Below, piece after piece: positions 39,601 through 54,600 of a stretch of 64,000 bases of DNA. The notes beneath the pieces were generated by a model that ran no database searches, was not told where the DNA came from, and saw nothing but the letters and a program-made list of their open reading frames with translations. Source of the stretch: Eledone cirrhosa (lineage: Eukaryota); NCBI GenBank assembly GCA_964016885.1, contig OZ024742.1, positions 373,798,001-373,862,000 of the forward strand, written 5' to 3'. Position numbers and translations under genes: made by a program. Position 1 is the first letter of the stretch; each line of letters starts with the position of its first letter.

Positions 39601-42600
39601 CACTATAGCCAAGAAATCTCATGTCTCCACTATAGCCAAGAAATCACATGTCCCCACTATAGCCGAGAAATCACATATCTCCACTATAGCCAAGAAATCA
39701 CATGTGCCCACTATAGCCAAGAAATCACATATCTCCACTATAGCCAAGAAATCACATGTTCCCACTATAGCCAATAAATCACATGAGTCCACTATAGCCA
39801 AGAAATCACATGTCTCCACTATAGCCAAGAAATCACATGTCCCCACTATAGCCAAGAAATCACATGTCCACACTATAGCCAAGAAATCACATGTCTCCAC
39901 TATAGCCAAGAAATCACATATCTCCACTATAGCCAAGAAATCACATGTCCCCACTATAGCCAAGAAATCACAGGTCTCCACTATAGCCAAGACATCACAT
40001 GTCCCCACTATAGCCAAGAAATCACATGTCCCCACTATAGCCAAGAAATCTCATGTCTCCACTATAGCCAAGAAATCACATGTCCCCACTATAGCCAAGA
40101 AATCACATGTCCCCACTATAGCCAAGAAATCACATATCTCCACTATATCCAAGAAATCACATATCTCCACTATAGCCAAGAAATCACATGTCCCAACTAT
40201 AGCCAAGAAATCACATGTCCCCACTATAGACAAGAAATCACATGTCTCCACTATAGCCAAGAAATCACATATCTCCACTATAGCCAAGAAATCACATGTC
40301 CCCACTATAGCCAAGAAATCACATATCTCCACCATATCCAAGAAATCACATGTCCCCACTATAGCCAAGAAATCACATGTCTCCACTATAGCCAAGAAAT
40401 TACATATCCCCGCTATAGCCAAGAAATCACATGTCTCCACTATAGCCAAGAAATCACATGTCCCCACTATAGCCAAGAAATCACATATCTCCACGATAGC
40501 TAAGAAATCACATGTCCCCACTATAGCCAAGAATTCACATATCTCCACTATAGCCAACAAATCACATGTCCCCACAATAGCCAAGAAATCACATGTCTCC
40601 ACTATAGCCAAAAAATCACATGTCCCCATTATAGCCAAGAAATCACATATCTCCACTATAGCCAAGAAATCATATGTCCACACTATAGCCAAGAAATCAC
40701 ATATCTCCACTATAGCCAAGAAATCACATGTCCCCTCTATAGCCAAGAAATCACATACCTCCACTATAGCCAAGAGATCACATATCCCCACTATAGCCAA
40801 GAAATCTCATGTCTCCACTATAGCCAAGAAATCACAGGTCCCCACTATAGCCAAGAAATCACATGTCTCCACTATAGCCAAAAAATCACATGTCCCCATT
40901 ATAGCCAAGAAATCACATATCTCCACTATAGCCAAGAAATCATATGTCCACACTATAGCCAAGAAATCACATATCTCCACTATAGCCAAGAAATCACATG
41001 TCCCCTCTATAGCCAAGAAATCACATACCTCCACTATAGCCAAGAGATCACATATCCCCACTATAGCCAAGAAATCTCATGTCTCCACTATAGCCAAGAA
41101 ATCACAGGTCCCCACTATAGCCAAGAAATCACATGTCCCCACTATAGCCAAGAAATCACATGTCCACACTATAGCCAAGAAATCACATGTATCCACTATA
41201 GCCAAGAAATCACATATCTCCACTATAGACAAGAAATCACATGTCCCCACTATAGCCAATAAATCACATGTCCCCACTATAGCTAAGAAATCACATGTCT
41301 CCACTATAGCCAAGAAATCACATGTACCCACTATAGCCAAGAAATCACATATCTCCACTATAGCCAAGAAATCACATGTCCCCACTATAGCCAAGAAATC
41401 ACATGGTCCCACTATAGCTAAGAAATCACATGTCTCCACTATAGCCAAGAAATCACATGTCCCCACTATATCCAAGAAATCACATATCTCCACTATAGCC
41501 AAGAAATCACATGTCCCCACTATAGCCAAGAAATCACATATCTCCACTATAGCCAAGAAATCACATGTCCCCACTATATCCAAGAAATCACATATCTCGA
41601 CTATAGCCACGAAATCACATGTCCCCACTATAGCCAAGAAATCACATGTCTCCACTATAGCCAATAAATCACATGTCTCCACTATAGCCAAGAAATCACA
41701 TATCTCCACTATAGCCACGAAATCACATGTCCCCACTATAGGCAAGACATCACATGTCCCCACTATAGCCAATAAATCACATGTCCCCACTATAGCTAAG
41801 AAATCACATGTCTCCACTATAGCCAAGAAATCACATGTCCCCACTATATCCAAGAAATCACATATCTCCACTGTAGACAAGAAATCACATGTCCCCACTA
41901 TAGCCAAGAAATCACATGTCTATACTATAGCCAAGAAATCCCATGTCCCCACTATAGCCAAGAAATCTCATGTCTCCACTATAGCCAAGAAATCACATGT
42001 CCCCACTATAGCCAAGAAATCACATGTCCCCACTATAGCCAAGAAATCACATATCTCCACTATAGCCAAGAAATCACATATCTCCACTATAGCCAAGAAA
42101 TCACATGTCCCCACTATAGCCAAGAAATCACATGTCCCCACTATAGCCAAGAAATCACATGTCTCCACTATAGCCAAGAAATCACATGTCCCCATTATAG
42201 CCAAGAAATCACATGTCCCCACTATAGCCAAGAAATCACATGTTTCCACTATAGCCAAGAAATCACATGTCTCTACTGTAGCCAAGAAATCACATGTCTC
42301 CACTATAGCCAAGAAATCACATATCTCCACTATAGCCACGAAATCACATGTCCCCACTATAGGCAAGACATCACATGTCCCCACTATAGCCAATAAATCA
42401 CATGTCCCCACTATAGCTAAGAAATCACATGTCTCCACTATAGCCAAGAAATCACATATCCCCACTATATCCAAGAAATCACATATCTCCACTGTAGACA
42501 AGAAATCACATGTCCCCACTATAGCCAAGAAATCACATGTCTATACTATAGCCAAGATATCCCATGTCCCCACTATAGCCAAGAAATCTCATGTCTCCAC

Positions 42601-45600
42601 TATAGCCAAGAAATCACATGTCCCCACTATAGCCAAGAAATCACATGTCCCCACTATAGCCAAGAAATCACATATCTCCACTATAGCCAAGAAATCACAT
42701 ATCTCCACTATAGCCAAGAAATCACATGTCCCCACTATAGCCAAGAAATCACATGTCCCCACTATAGCCAAGAAATCACATGTCTCCACTATAGCCAAGA
42801 AATCACATGTCCCCATTATAGCCAAGAAATCACATGTCCCCACTATAGCCAAGAAATCACATGTTTCCACTATAGCCAAGAAATCACATGTCTCTACTGT
42901 AGCCAAGAAATCACATGTCTCCACTATAGCCAAGAAATCACATGTCTCCACTATAGCCAAGAAATCACATGTCCCCACTATAGCCAAGAAATCACATGTC
43001 CCCACTATAGCCAAGAAATCACATGTCCCCACTATAGCCAAGAAATCTCATGTCTCCACTATAGCCAAGAAATCACATGTCCACACTATAGCCAAGAAAT
43101 CACATGTCTCCAGTATAGCCAAGAAATCACATATCCCCACTATAGCCAAGAAATCACATATCTCCACTATAGCCAAGAAATCACATGTCCCCACTATAGC
43201 CAAGAAATCACATGTTCCCACTATAGCCGAGAAATCACATATCTCCACTATAGCCAAGAAATCACATGTGCCCACTATAGCCAAGAAATCACATATCTCC
43301 ACTATAGCCAAGAAATCACATGTTCCCACTATAGCCAATAAATCACATGAGTCCACTATAGCCAAGAAATCACATGTCTCCACTATAGCCAAGAAATCAC
43401 ATGTCCCCACTATAGCCAAGAAATCACATGTCCACACTATAGCCAAGAAATCACATGTCTCCACTATAGCCAAGAAATCACATATCTCCACTATAGCCAA
43501 GAAATCACATGTCCCCACTATAGCCAAGAAATCACAGGTCTCCACTATAGCCAAGAAATCACATGTCCTCACTATAGCCAAGAAATCACATGTCTCCACT
43601 ATAGCTAAGAAATCACATATCCCCTGTATAGCCAAGAAATCACATATCTCCACTGTAGCCAAGAAATCACATGTCCCCACTATAGCCAAGAAATCACATA
43701 TCTCCACTATAGCCAAGAAATCACATGTCCCCACTATAGCCAAGAAATCACATGTCTCCACTATAGCCAAGAAATCACAGGTCTCCACTATAGCCAAGAA
43801 ATCACATGTCTCCACTATAGCCAAGAAATCACATGTCTCCACTATAGCCAAGAAATCACAGGTCTCCACTATAGCCAAGAAATCACATGTCTCCACTATA
43901 GCCAAGAAATCACATGTGCCCACTATAGCCAAGAAATCACATATCTCCACTGTAGCCAAGAAATCACATGTCCCCACTATAGCCAAGAAATCACATGTCT
44001 CCACTATAGCCAAGAAATCACATGTACCCACTATAGCCAAGAAATCACATATCTCCACTATAGCCAATAAATCACATGTCCCCACTATAGCCAAGAAATC
44101 ACATGGTCCCACTATAGCCAAGAAATCACATGTCCCCACTATATCCAAGAAATCACATATCTCCACTATAGCCAATAAATCACATGTCTCCACTATAGCC
44201 AAGAAATTACATATCTCCACTATAGCCAAGAAATCACATGTCCCCACTATAGGCAAGACATCACATGTCCCCACTATAGCCAATAAATCACCTGTCCCCA
44301 CTATAGCTAAGAAATCACATGTCTCCACTATAGCCAAGAAATCACATGTCCCCACTATATCCAAGAAATCACATATCTCCACTATAGCCAAGAAATCACA
44401 TGTCCCCACTATAGCCAAGAAATCACATGTCTATACTATAGCCAAGAAATCCAATGTCCCCACTATAGCCAAGAAATCTCATGTCTCCACTATAGCCAAG
44501 AAATCACATGTCCCCACTATAGCCAAGAAATCACATGTCCCTACTATAGCCAAGAAATCACATGTCCCCACTATAGCCAAGAAATCTCATGTCTCCACTA
44601 TAGCCAAGAAATCACATGTCCCCACTATAGCCAAGAAATCACATATCTCCACTATAGTCAAGAAATCACATGTTCCCACTATAGCCAATAAATCACATGA
44701 GTCCACTATAGCCAAGAAATCACATGTCTCCACTATAGCCAAGAAATCACATGTCCCCACTATAGCCAAGAAATCACATGTCCACACTATAGCCAAGAAA
44801 TCACATGTCTCCACTATAGCCAAGAAATCACATATCTCCACTATAGCCAAGAAATCACATGTCCCCACTATAGCCAAGAAATCACAGGTCTCCACTATAG
44901 CCAAGACCTCACATGTCCCCACTATAGCCAAGAAATCACATGTCTCCACTATAGCCAAGAAATCACATATCCCCTGTATAGCCAAGAAATCACATATCTC
45001 CACTGTAGCCAAGAAATCACATGTCCCCACTATAGCCAAGAAATCACATATCTCCACTATAGCCAAGAAATCACATGTCCCCACTATAGCCAAGAAATCA
45101 CATGTCTCCACTATAGCCAAGAAATCACAGGTCTCCAGTATAGCCAAGAAATCACATGTCCCCACTATAGCCAAGAGATCACATATCTCCACTATAGCCA
45201 AGAAATCACATGTCTCCACTATAGCCAAGAAATCACATATCTCCACTATAGCCAAGAAATCACATGTCCCCACTATAGCCAAGAAATCTCATGTCTCCAC
45301 TATAGCCAAGAAATCACATGTCCCCACTATAGCCAAGAAATCACATGTCTCCACTATAGCCAAGAAATCACATATCCCCACTATAACCAAGAAATCACAT
45401 ATCTCCACTATAGCCAAGAAATCACATGTCCCCACTATAGCCAAGAAATCACATGTCCCCACTATAGCCGAGAAATCACATATCTCGACTATAGCCAAGA
45501 AATCACATGTCCCCACTATAGCCAAGAAATCACATGTCTCCACTATAGCCAAGAAATCACATATCTCCACTATAGCCAATAAATCACATGTCTCCACTAT

Positions 45601-48600
45601 AGCCAAGAAATCACATATCTCCACTATAGCCACGAAATCACATGTCCCCACTATAGGCAAGACATCACATGTCCCCACTATAGCCAATAAATCACATGTC
45701 CCCACTATAGCTAAGAAATCACATGTCTCCACTATAGCCAAGAAATCACATGTCCCCACTATAGCCAAGAAATCACATGTCCCCACTATAGGCAAGACAT
45801 CACATGTCCCCACTATAGCCAATAAATCACATGTCCCCACTATAGCTAAGAAATCACATGTCTCCACTATAGCCAAGAAATCACATGTCCCCACTATATC
45901 CAAGAAATCACATATCTCCACTATAGCCAAGAAATCACATGTCCCCACTATAGCCAAGAAATCACATATCTCCACTATAGCCAAGAAATCACATGTTCCC
46001 ACTATAGCCAATAAATCACATGAGTCCACTATAGCCAAGAAATCACATGTCTCCACTATAGCCAAGAAATCACATGTCCCCACTATAGCCAAGAAATCAC
46101 ATGTCCACACTATAGCCAAGAAATCACATGTCTCCACTATAGCCAAGAAATCACATATCTCCACTATAGCCAAGAAATCACATGTCACCACTATAGCCAA
46201 GAAATCACATGTCTCCACTATAGCCAAGAAATCACAGGTCTCCACTATAGCCAAGAAATCACAGGTCTCCACTATAGCCAAGAAATCACATGTCTCCACT
46301 ATAGCCAAGAAATCACATGTGCCCACTATAGCCAAGAAATCACATGTCACCACTATAGCCAAGAAATCACATGTCTCCACTATAGCCAAGAAATCACAGG
46401 TCTCCACTATAGCCAAGAAATCACATGTCTCCACTATAGCCAAGAAATCACATGTCTCCACTATAGCCAAGAAATCACAGGTCTCCACTATAGCCAAGAA
46501 ATCACATGTCTCCACTATAGCCAAGAAATCACATGTGCCCACTATAGCCAAGAAATCACATATCTCCACTGTAGCCAAGAAATCACATGTCCCCACTATA
46601 GCCAAGAAATCACATGTCTCCACTATAGCCAAGAAATCACATGTCTCCACTATAGCCAAGAAATCACATATCTCCACTATAGCCAAGAAATCACATGTCC
46701 CCACTATAGCCAAGACATCACATGTCCCCACTATAGCCAATAAATCACATGTCCCCACTATAGCTAAGAAATCACATGTCTCCACTATAGACAAGAAATC
46801 ACATGTACCCACTATAGCCAAGAAATCACATATCTCCACTATAGCCAAGAAATCACATGTCCCCACTATAGCCAAGAAATCACATGGTCCCACTATAGCC
46901 AAGAAATCACATGTCCCCACTATATCCAAGAAATCACATATCTCCACTATAGCCAATAAATCACATGTCTCCACTATAGCCAAGAAATTACATATCTCCA
47001 CTATAGCCAAGAAATCACATGTCCCCACTATAGGCAAGACATCACATGTCCCCACTATAGCCAATAAATCACATGTCCCCACTATAGCTAAGAAATCACA
47101 TGTCTCCACTATAGCCAAGAAATCACATGTCCCCACTATATCCAAGAAATCACATGTCCCCACTATAGCCAAGAAATCACATGTCTATACTATAGCCAAG
47201 AAATCCAATGTCCCCACTATAGCCAAGAAATCTCATGTCTCCACTATAGCCAAGAAATCACATGTCCCCACTATAGCCAAGAAATCACATGTCCCTACTA
47301 TAGCCAAGAAATCACATGTCCCCACTATAGCCAAGAAATCTCATGTCTCCACTATAGCCAAGAAATCACATGTCCCCACTATAGCCAAGAAATCACATGT
47401 CTCCACTATAGCCAAGAAATCACATATCCCCACTATAGCCAAGAAATCACATATCTCCACTATAGCCAAGAAATCACATGTCCCCACTATAGCCAAGAAA
47501 TCACATGTCCCCACTATAGCCGAGAAATCACATATCTCCACTATAGCCAAGAAATCACATGTGCCCACTATAGCCAAGAAATCACATATCTCCACTATAG
47601 CCAAGAAATCACATGTTCCCACTATAGCCAATAAATCACATGAGTCCACTATAGCCAAGAAATCACATGTCTCCACTATAGCCAAGAAATCACATGTCCC
47701 CACTATAGCCAAGAAATCACATGTCCACACTATAGCCAAGAAATCACATGTCTCCACTATAGCCAAGAAATCACATATCTCCACTATAGCCAAGAAATCA
47801 CAGGTCTCCACTATAGCCAAGACCTCACATGTCCCCACTATAGCCAAGAAATCACATGTCTCCACTATAGCCAAGAAATCACATATCCCCTGTATAGCCA
47901 AGAAATCACATATCTCCACTGTAGCCAAGAAATCACATGTCCCCACTATAGCCAAGAAATCACATATCTCCACTATAGCCAAGAAATCACATGTCCCCAC
48001 TATAGCCAAGAAATCACATGTCTCCACTATAGCCAAGAAATCACAGGTCTCCAGTATAGCCAAGAAATCACATGTCCCCACTATAGCCAAGAGATCACAT
48101 ATCTCCACTATAGCCAAGAAATCACATATCTCCACTATAGCCAAGAAATCACATGTCCCCACTATAGCCAAGAAATCTCATGTCTCCACTATAGCCAAGA
48201 AATCACATGTCCCCACTATAGCCAAGAAATCACATGTCTCCACTATAGCCAAGAAATCACATGTCCCCACTATAGCCAAGAAATCACATATCTCCACTAT
48301 AGCCAAGAAATCACATGTCCCCACTATAGCCAAGAAATCACATGTCCCCACTATAGCCGAGAAATCACATATCTCGACTATAGCCAAGAAATCACATGTC
48401 CCCACTATAGCCAAGAAATCACATGTCTCCACTATAGCCAAGAAATCACATATCTCCACTATAGCCAATAAATCACATGTCTCCACTATAGCCAAGAAAT
48501 CACATATCTCCACTATAGCCACGAAATCACATGTCCCCACTATAGGCAAGACATCACATGTCCCCACTATAGCCAATAAATCACATGTCCCCACTATAGC

Positions 48601-51600
48601 TAAGAAATCACATGTCTCCACTATAGCCAAGAAATCACATGTCCCCACTATAGCCAAGAAATCACATGTCCCCACTATAGGCAAGACATCACATGTCCCC
48701 ACTATAGCCAATAAATCACATGTCCCCACTATAGCTAAGAAATCACATGTCTCCACTATAGCCAAGAAATCACATGTCCCCACTATATCCAAGAAATCAC
48801 ATATCTCCACTATAGCCAAGAAATCACATGTCCCCACTATAGCCAAGAAATCACATGTCTATACTATAGCCAAGAAATCCAATGTCCCCACTATAGCCAA
48901 GAAATCTCATGTCTCCACTATAGCCAAGAAATCACATGTCCCCACTATAGCCAAGAAATCACATGTCCCTACTATAGCCAAGAAATCACATGTCCCCACT
49001 ATAGCCAAGAAATCTCATGTCTCCACTATAGCCAAGAAGTCACATGTCCCCACTATAGCCAAGAAATCACATGTCCCCACTATAGCCAAGAAATCACATG
49101 TCCCTACTATAGCCAAGAAATCACATGTCCCCACTATAGCCAAGAAATCTCATGTCTCCACTGTAGACAAGAAATCACATGTCCCCACTATAGCCAAGAA
49201 ATCACATGTCTATACTATAGCCAAGAAATCCCATGTCCCCACTATAGCCAAGAAATCTCATGTCTCCACTATAGCCAAGAAATCACATGTCCCCACTATA
49301 GCCAAGAAATCACATGTCCCCACTATAGCCAAGAAATCACATATCTCCACTATAGCCAAGAAATCACATATCTCCACTATAGCCAAGAAATCACATGTCC
49401 CCACTATAGCCAAGAAATCACATGTCCCCACTATAGCCAAGAAATCACATGTCTCCACTATAGCCAAGAAATCACATGTCCCCATTATAGCCAAGAAATC
49501 ACATGTCCCCACTATAGCCAAGAAATCACATGTTTCCACTATAGCCAAGAAATCACATGTCTCTACTGTAGCCAAGAAATCACATGTCTCCACTATAGCC
49601 AAGAAATCACATATCTCCACTATAGCCACGAAATCACATGTCCCCACTATAGGCAAGACATCACATGTCCCCACTATAGCCAATAAATCACATGTCCCCA
49701 CTATAGCTAAGAAATCACATGTCTCCACTATAGCCAAGAAATCACATATCCCCACTATATCCAAGAAATCACATATCTCCACTGTAGACAAGAAATCACA
49801 TGTCCCCACTATAGCCAAGAAATCACATGTCTATACTATAGCCAAGATATCCCATGTCCCCACTATAGCCAAGAAATCTCATGTCTCCACTATAGCCAAG
49901 AAATCACATGTCCCCACTATAGCCAAGAAATCACATGTCCCCACTATAGCCAAGAAATCACATATCTCCACTATAGCCAAGAAATCACATATCTCCACTA
50001 TAGCCAAGAAATCACATGTCCCCACTATAGCCAAGAAATCACATGTCCCCACTATAGCCAAGAAATCACATGTCTCCACTATAGCCAAGAAATCACATGT
50101 CCCCATTATAGCCAAGAAATCACATGTCCCCACTATAGCCAAGAAATCACATGTTTCCACTATAGCCAAGAAATCACATGTCTCTACTGTAGCCAAGAAA
50201 TCACATGTCTCCACTATAGCCAAGAAATCACATGTCTCCACTATAGCCAAGAAATCACATGTCCCCACTATAGCCAAGAAATCACATGTCCCCACTATAG
50301 CCAAGAAATCACATGTCCCCACTATAGCCAAGAAATCTCATGTCTCCACTATAGCCAAGAAATCACATGTCCACACTATAGCCAAGAAATCACATGTCTC
50401 CAGTATAGCCAAGAAATCACATATCCCCACTATAGCCAAGAAATCACATATCTCCACTATAGCCAAGAAATCACATGTCCCCACTATAGCCAAGAAATCA
50501 CATGTTCCCACTATAGCCGAGAAATCACATATCTCCACTATAGCCAAGAAATCACATGTGCCCACTATAGCCAAGAAATCACATATCTCCACTATAGCCA
50601 AGAAATCACATGTTCCCACTATAGCCAATAAATCACATGAGTCCACTATAGCCAAGAAATCACATGTCTCCACTATAGCCAAGAAATCACATGTCCCCAC
50701 TATAGCCAAGAAATCACATGTCCACACTATAGCCAAGAAATCACATGTCTCCACTATAGCCAAGAAATCACATATCTCCACTATAGCCAAGAAATCACAT
50801 GTCCCCACTATAGCCAAGAAATCACAGGTCTCCACTATAGCCAAGAAATCACATGTCCTCACTATAGCCAAGAAATCACATGTCTCCACTATAGCTAAGA
50901 AATCACATATCCCCTGTATAGCCAAGAAATCACATATCTCCACTGTAGCCAAGAAATCACATGTCCCCACTATAGCCAAGAAATCACATATCTCCACTAT
51001 AGCCAAGAAATCACATGTCCCCACTATAGCCAAGAAATCACATGTCTCCACTATAGCCAAGAAATCACAGGTCTCCACTATAGCCAAGAAATCACATGTC
51101 TCCACTATAGCCAAGAAATCACATGTCTCCACTATAGCCAAGAAATCACAGGTCTCCACTATAGCCAAGAAATCACATGTCTCCACTATAGCCAAGAAAT
51201 CACATGTGCCCACTATAGCCAAGAAATCACATATCTCCACTGTAGCCAAGAAATCACATGTCCCCACTATAGCCAAGAAATCACATGTCTCCACTATAGC
51301 CAAGAAATCACATGTACCCACTATAGCCAAGAAATCACATATCTCCACTATAGCCAATAAATCACATGTCCCCACTATAGCCAAGAAATCACATGGTCCC
51401 ACTATAGCCAAGAAATCACATGTCCCCACTATATCCAAGAAATCACATATCTCCACTATAGCCAATAAATCACATGTCTCCACTATAGCCAAGAAATTAC
51501 ATATCTCCACTATAGCCAAGAAATCACATGTCCCCACTATAGGCAAGACATCACATGTCCCCACTATAGCCAATAAATCACCTGTCCCCACTATAGCTAA

Positions 51601-54600
51601 GAAATCACATGTCTCCACTATAGCCAAGAAATCACATGTCCCCACTATATCCAAGAAATCACATATCTCCACTATAGCCAAGAAATCACATGTCCCCACT
51701 ATAGCCAAGAAATCACATGTCTATACTATAGCCAAGAAATCCAATGTCCCCACTATAGCCAAGAAATCTCATGTCTCCACTATAGCCAAGAAATCACATG
51801 TCCCCACTATAGCCAAGAAATCACATGTCCCTACTATAGCCAAGAAATCACATGTCCCCACTATAGCCAAGAAATCTCATGTCTCCACTATAGCCAAGAA
51901 ATCACATGTCCCCACTATAGCCAAGAAATCACATATCTCCACTATAGTCAAGAAATCACATGTTCCCACTATAGCCAATAAATCACATGAGTCCACTATA
52001 GCCAAGAAATCACATGTCTCCACTATAGCCAAGAAATCACATGTCCCCACTATAGCCAAGAAATCACATGTCCACACTATAGCCAAGAAATCACATGTCT
52101 CCACTATAGCCAAGAAATCACATATCTCCACTATAGCCAAGAAATCACATGTCCCCACTATAGCCAAGAAATCACAGGTCTCCACTATAGCCAAGACCTC
52201 ACATGTCCCCACTATAGCCAAGAAATCACATGTCTCCACTATAGCCAAGAAATCACATATCCCCTGTATAGCCAAGAAATCACATATCTCCACTGTAGCC
52301 AAGAAATCACATGTCCCCACTATAGCCAAGAAATCACATATCTCCACTATAGCCAAGAAATCACATGTCCCCACTATAGCCAAGAAATCACATGTCTCCA
52401 CTATAGCCAAGAAATCACAGGTCTCCAGTATAGCCAAGAAATCACATGTCCCCACTATAGCCAAGAGATCACATATCTCCACTATAGCCAAGAAATCACA
52501 TGTCTCCACTATAGCCAAGAAATCACATATCTCCACTATAGCCAAGAAATCACATGTCCCCACTATAGCCAAGAAATCTCATGTCTCCACTATAGCCAAG
52601 AAATCACATGTCCCCACTATAGCCAAGAAATCACATGTCTCCACTATAGCCAAGAAATCACATATCCCCACTATAACCAAGAAATCACATATCTCCACTA
52701 TAGCCAAGAAATCACATGTCCCCACTATAGCCAAGAAATCACATGTCCCCACTATAGCCGAGAAATCACATATCTCGACTATAGCCAAGAAATCACATGT
52801 CCCCACTATAGCCAAGAAATCACATGTCTCCACTATAGCCAAGAAATCACATATCTCCACTATAGCCAATAAATCACATGTCTCCACTATAGCCAAGAAA
52901 TCACATATCTCCACTATAGCCACGAAATCACATGTCCCCACTATAGGCAAGACATCACATGTCCCCACTATAGCCAATAAATCACATGTCCCCACTATAG
53001 CTAAGAAATCACATGTCTCCACTATAGCCAAGAAATCACATGTCCCCACTATAGCCAAGAAATCACATGTCCCCACTATAGGCAAGACATCACATGTCCC
53101 CACTATAGCCAATAAATCACATGTCCCCACTATAGCTAAGAAATCACATGTCTCCACTATAGCCAAGAAATCACATGTCCCCACTATATCCAAGAAATCA
53201 CATATCTCCACTATAGCCAAGAAATCACATGTCCCCACTATAGCCAAGAAATCACATATCTCCACTATAGCCAAGAAATCACATGTTCCCACTATAGCCA
53301 ATAAATCACATGAGTCCACTATAGCCAAGAAATCACATGTCTCCACTATAGCCAAGAAATCACATGTCCCCACTATAGCCAAGAAATCACATGTCCACAC
53401 TATAGCCAAGAAATCACATGTCTCCACTATAGCCAAGAAATCACATATCTCCACTATAGCCAAGAAATCACATGTCACCACTATAGCCAAGAAATCACAT
53501 GTCTCCACTATAGCCAAGAAATCACAGGTCTCCACTATAGCCAAGAAATCACAGGTCTCCACTATAGCCAAGAAATCACATGTCTCCACTATAGCCAAGA
53601 AATCACATGTGCCCACTATAGCCAAGAAATCACATGTCACCACTATAGCCAAGAAATCACATGTCTCCACTATAGCCAAGAAATCACAGGTCTCCACTAT
53701 AGCCAAGAAATCACATGTCTCCACTATAGCCAAGAAATCACATGTCTCCACTATAGCCAAGAAATCACAGGTCTCCACTATAGCCAAGAAATCACATGTC
53801 TCCACTATAGCCAAGAAATCACATGTGCCCACTATAGCCAAGAAATCACATATCTCCACTGTAGCCAAGAAATCACATGTCCCCACTATAGCCAAGAAAT
53901 CACATGTCTCCACTATAGCCAAGAAATCACATGTCTCCACTATAGCCAAGAAATCACATATCTCCACTATAGCCAAGAAATCACATGTCCCCACTATAGC
54001 CAAGACATCACATGTCCCCACTATAGCCAATAAATCACATGTCCCCACTATAGCTAAGAAATCACATGTCTCCACTATAGACAAGAAATCACATGTACCC
54101 ACTATAGCCAAGAAATCACATATCTCCACTATAGCCAAGAAATCACATGTCCCCACTATAGCCAAGAAATCACATGGTCCCACTATAGCCAAGAAATCAC
54201 ATGTCCCCACTATATCCAAGAAATCACATATCTCCACTATAGCCAATAAATCACATGTCTCCACTATAGCCAAGAAATTACATATCTCCACTATAGCCAA
54301 GAAATCACATGTCCCCACTATAGGCAAGACATCACATGTCCCCACTATAGCCAATAAATCACATGTCCCCACTATAGCTAAGAAATCACATGTCTCCACT
54401 ATAGCCAAGAAATCACATGTCCCCACTATATCCAAGAAATCACATGTCCCCACTATAGCCAAGAAATCACATGTCTATACTATAGCCAAGAAATCCAATG
54501 TCCCCACTATAGCCAAGAAATCTCATGTCTCCACTATAGCCAAGAAATCACATGTCCCCACTATAGCCAAGAAATCACATGTCCCTACTATAGCCAAGAA

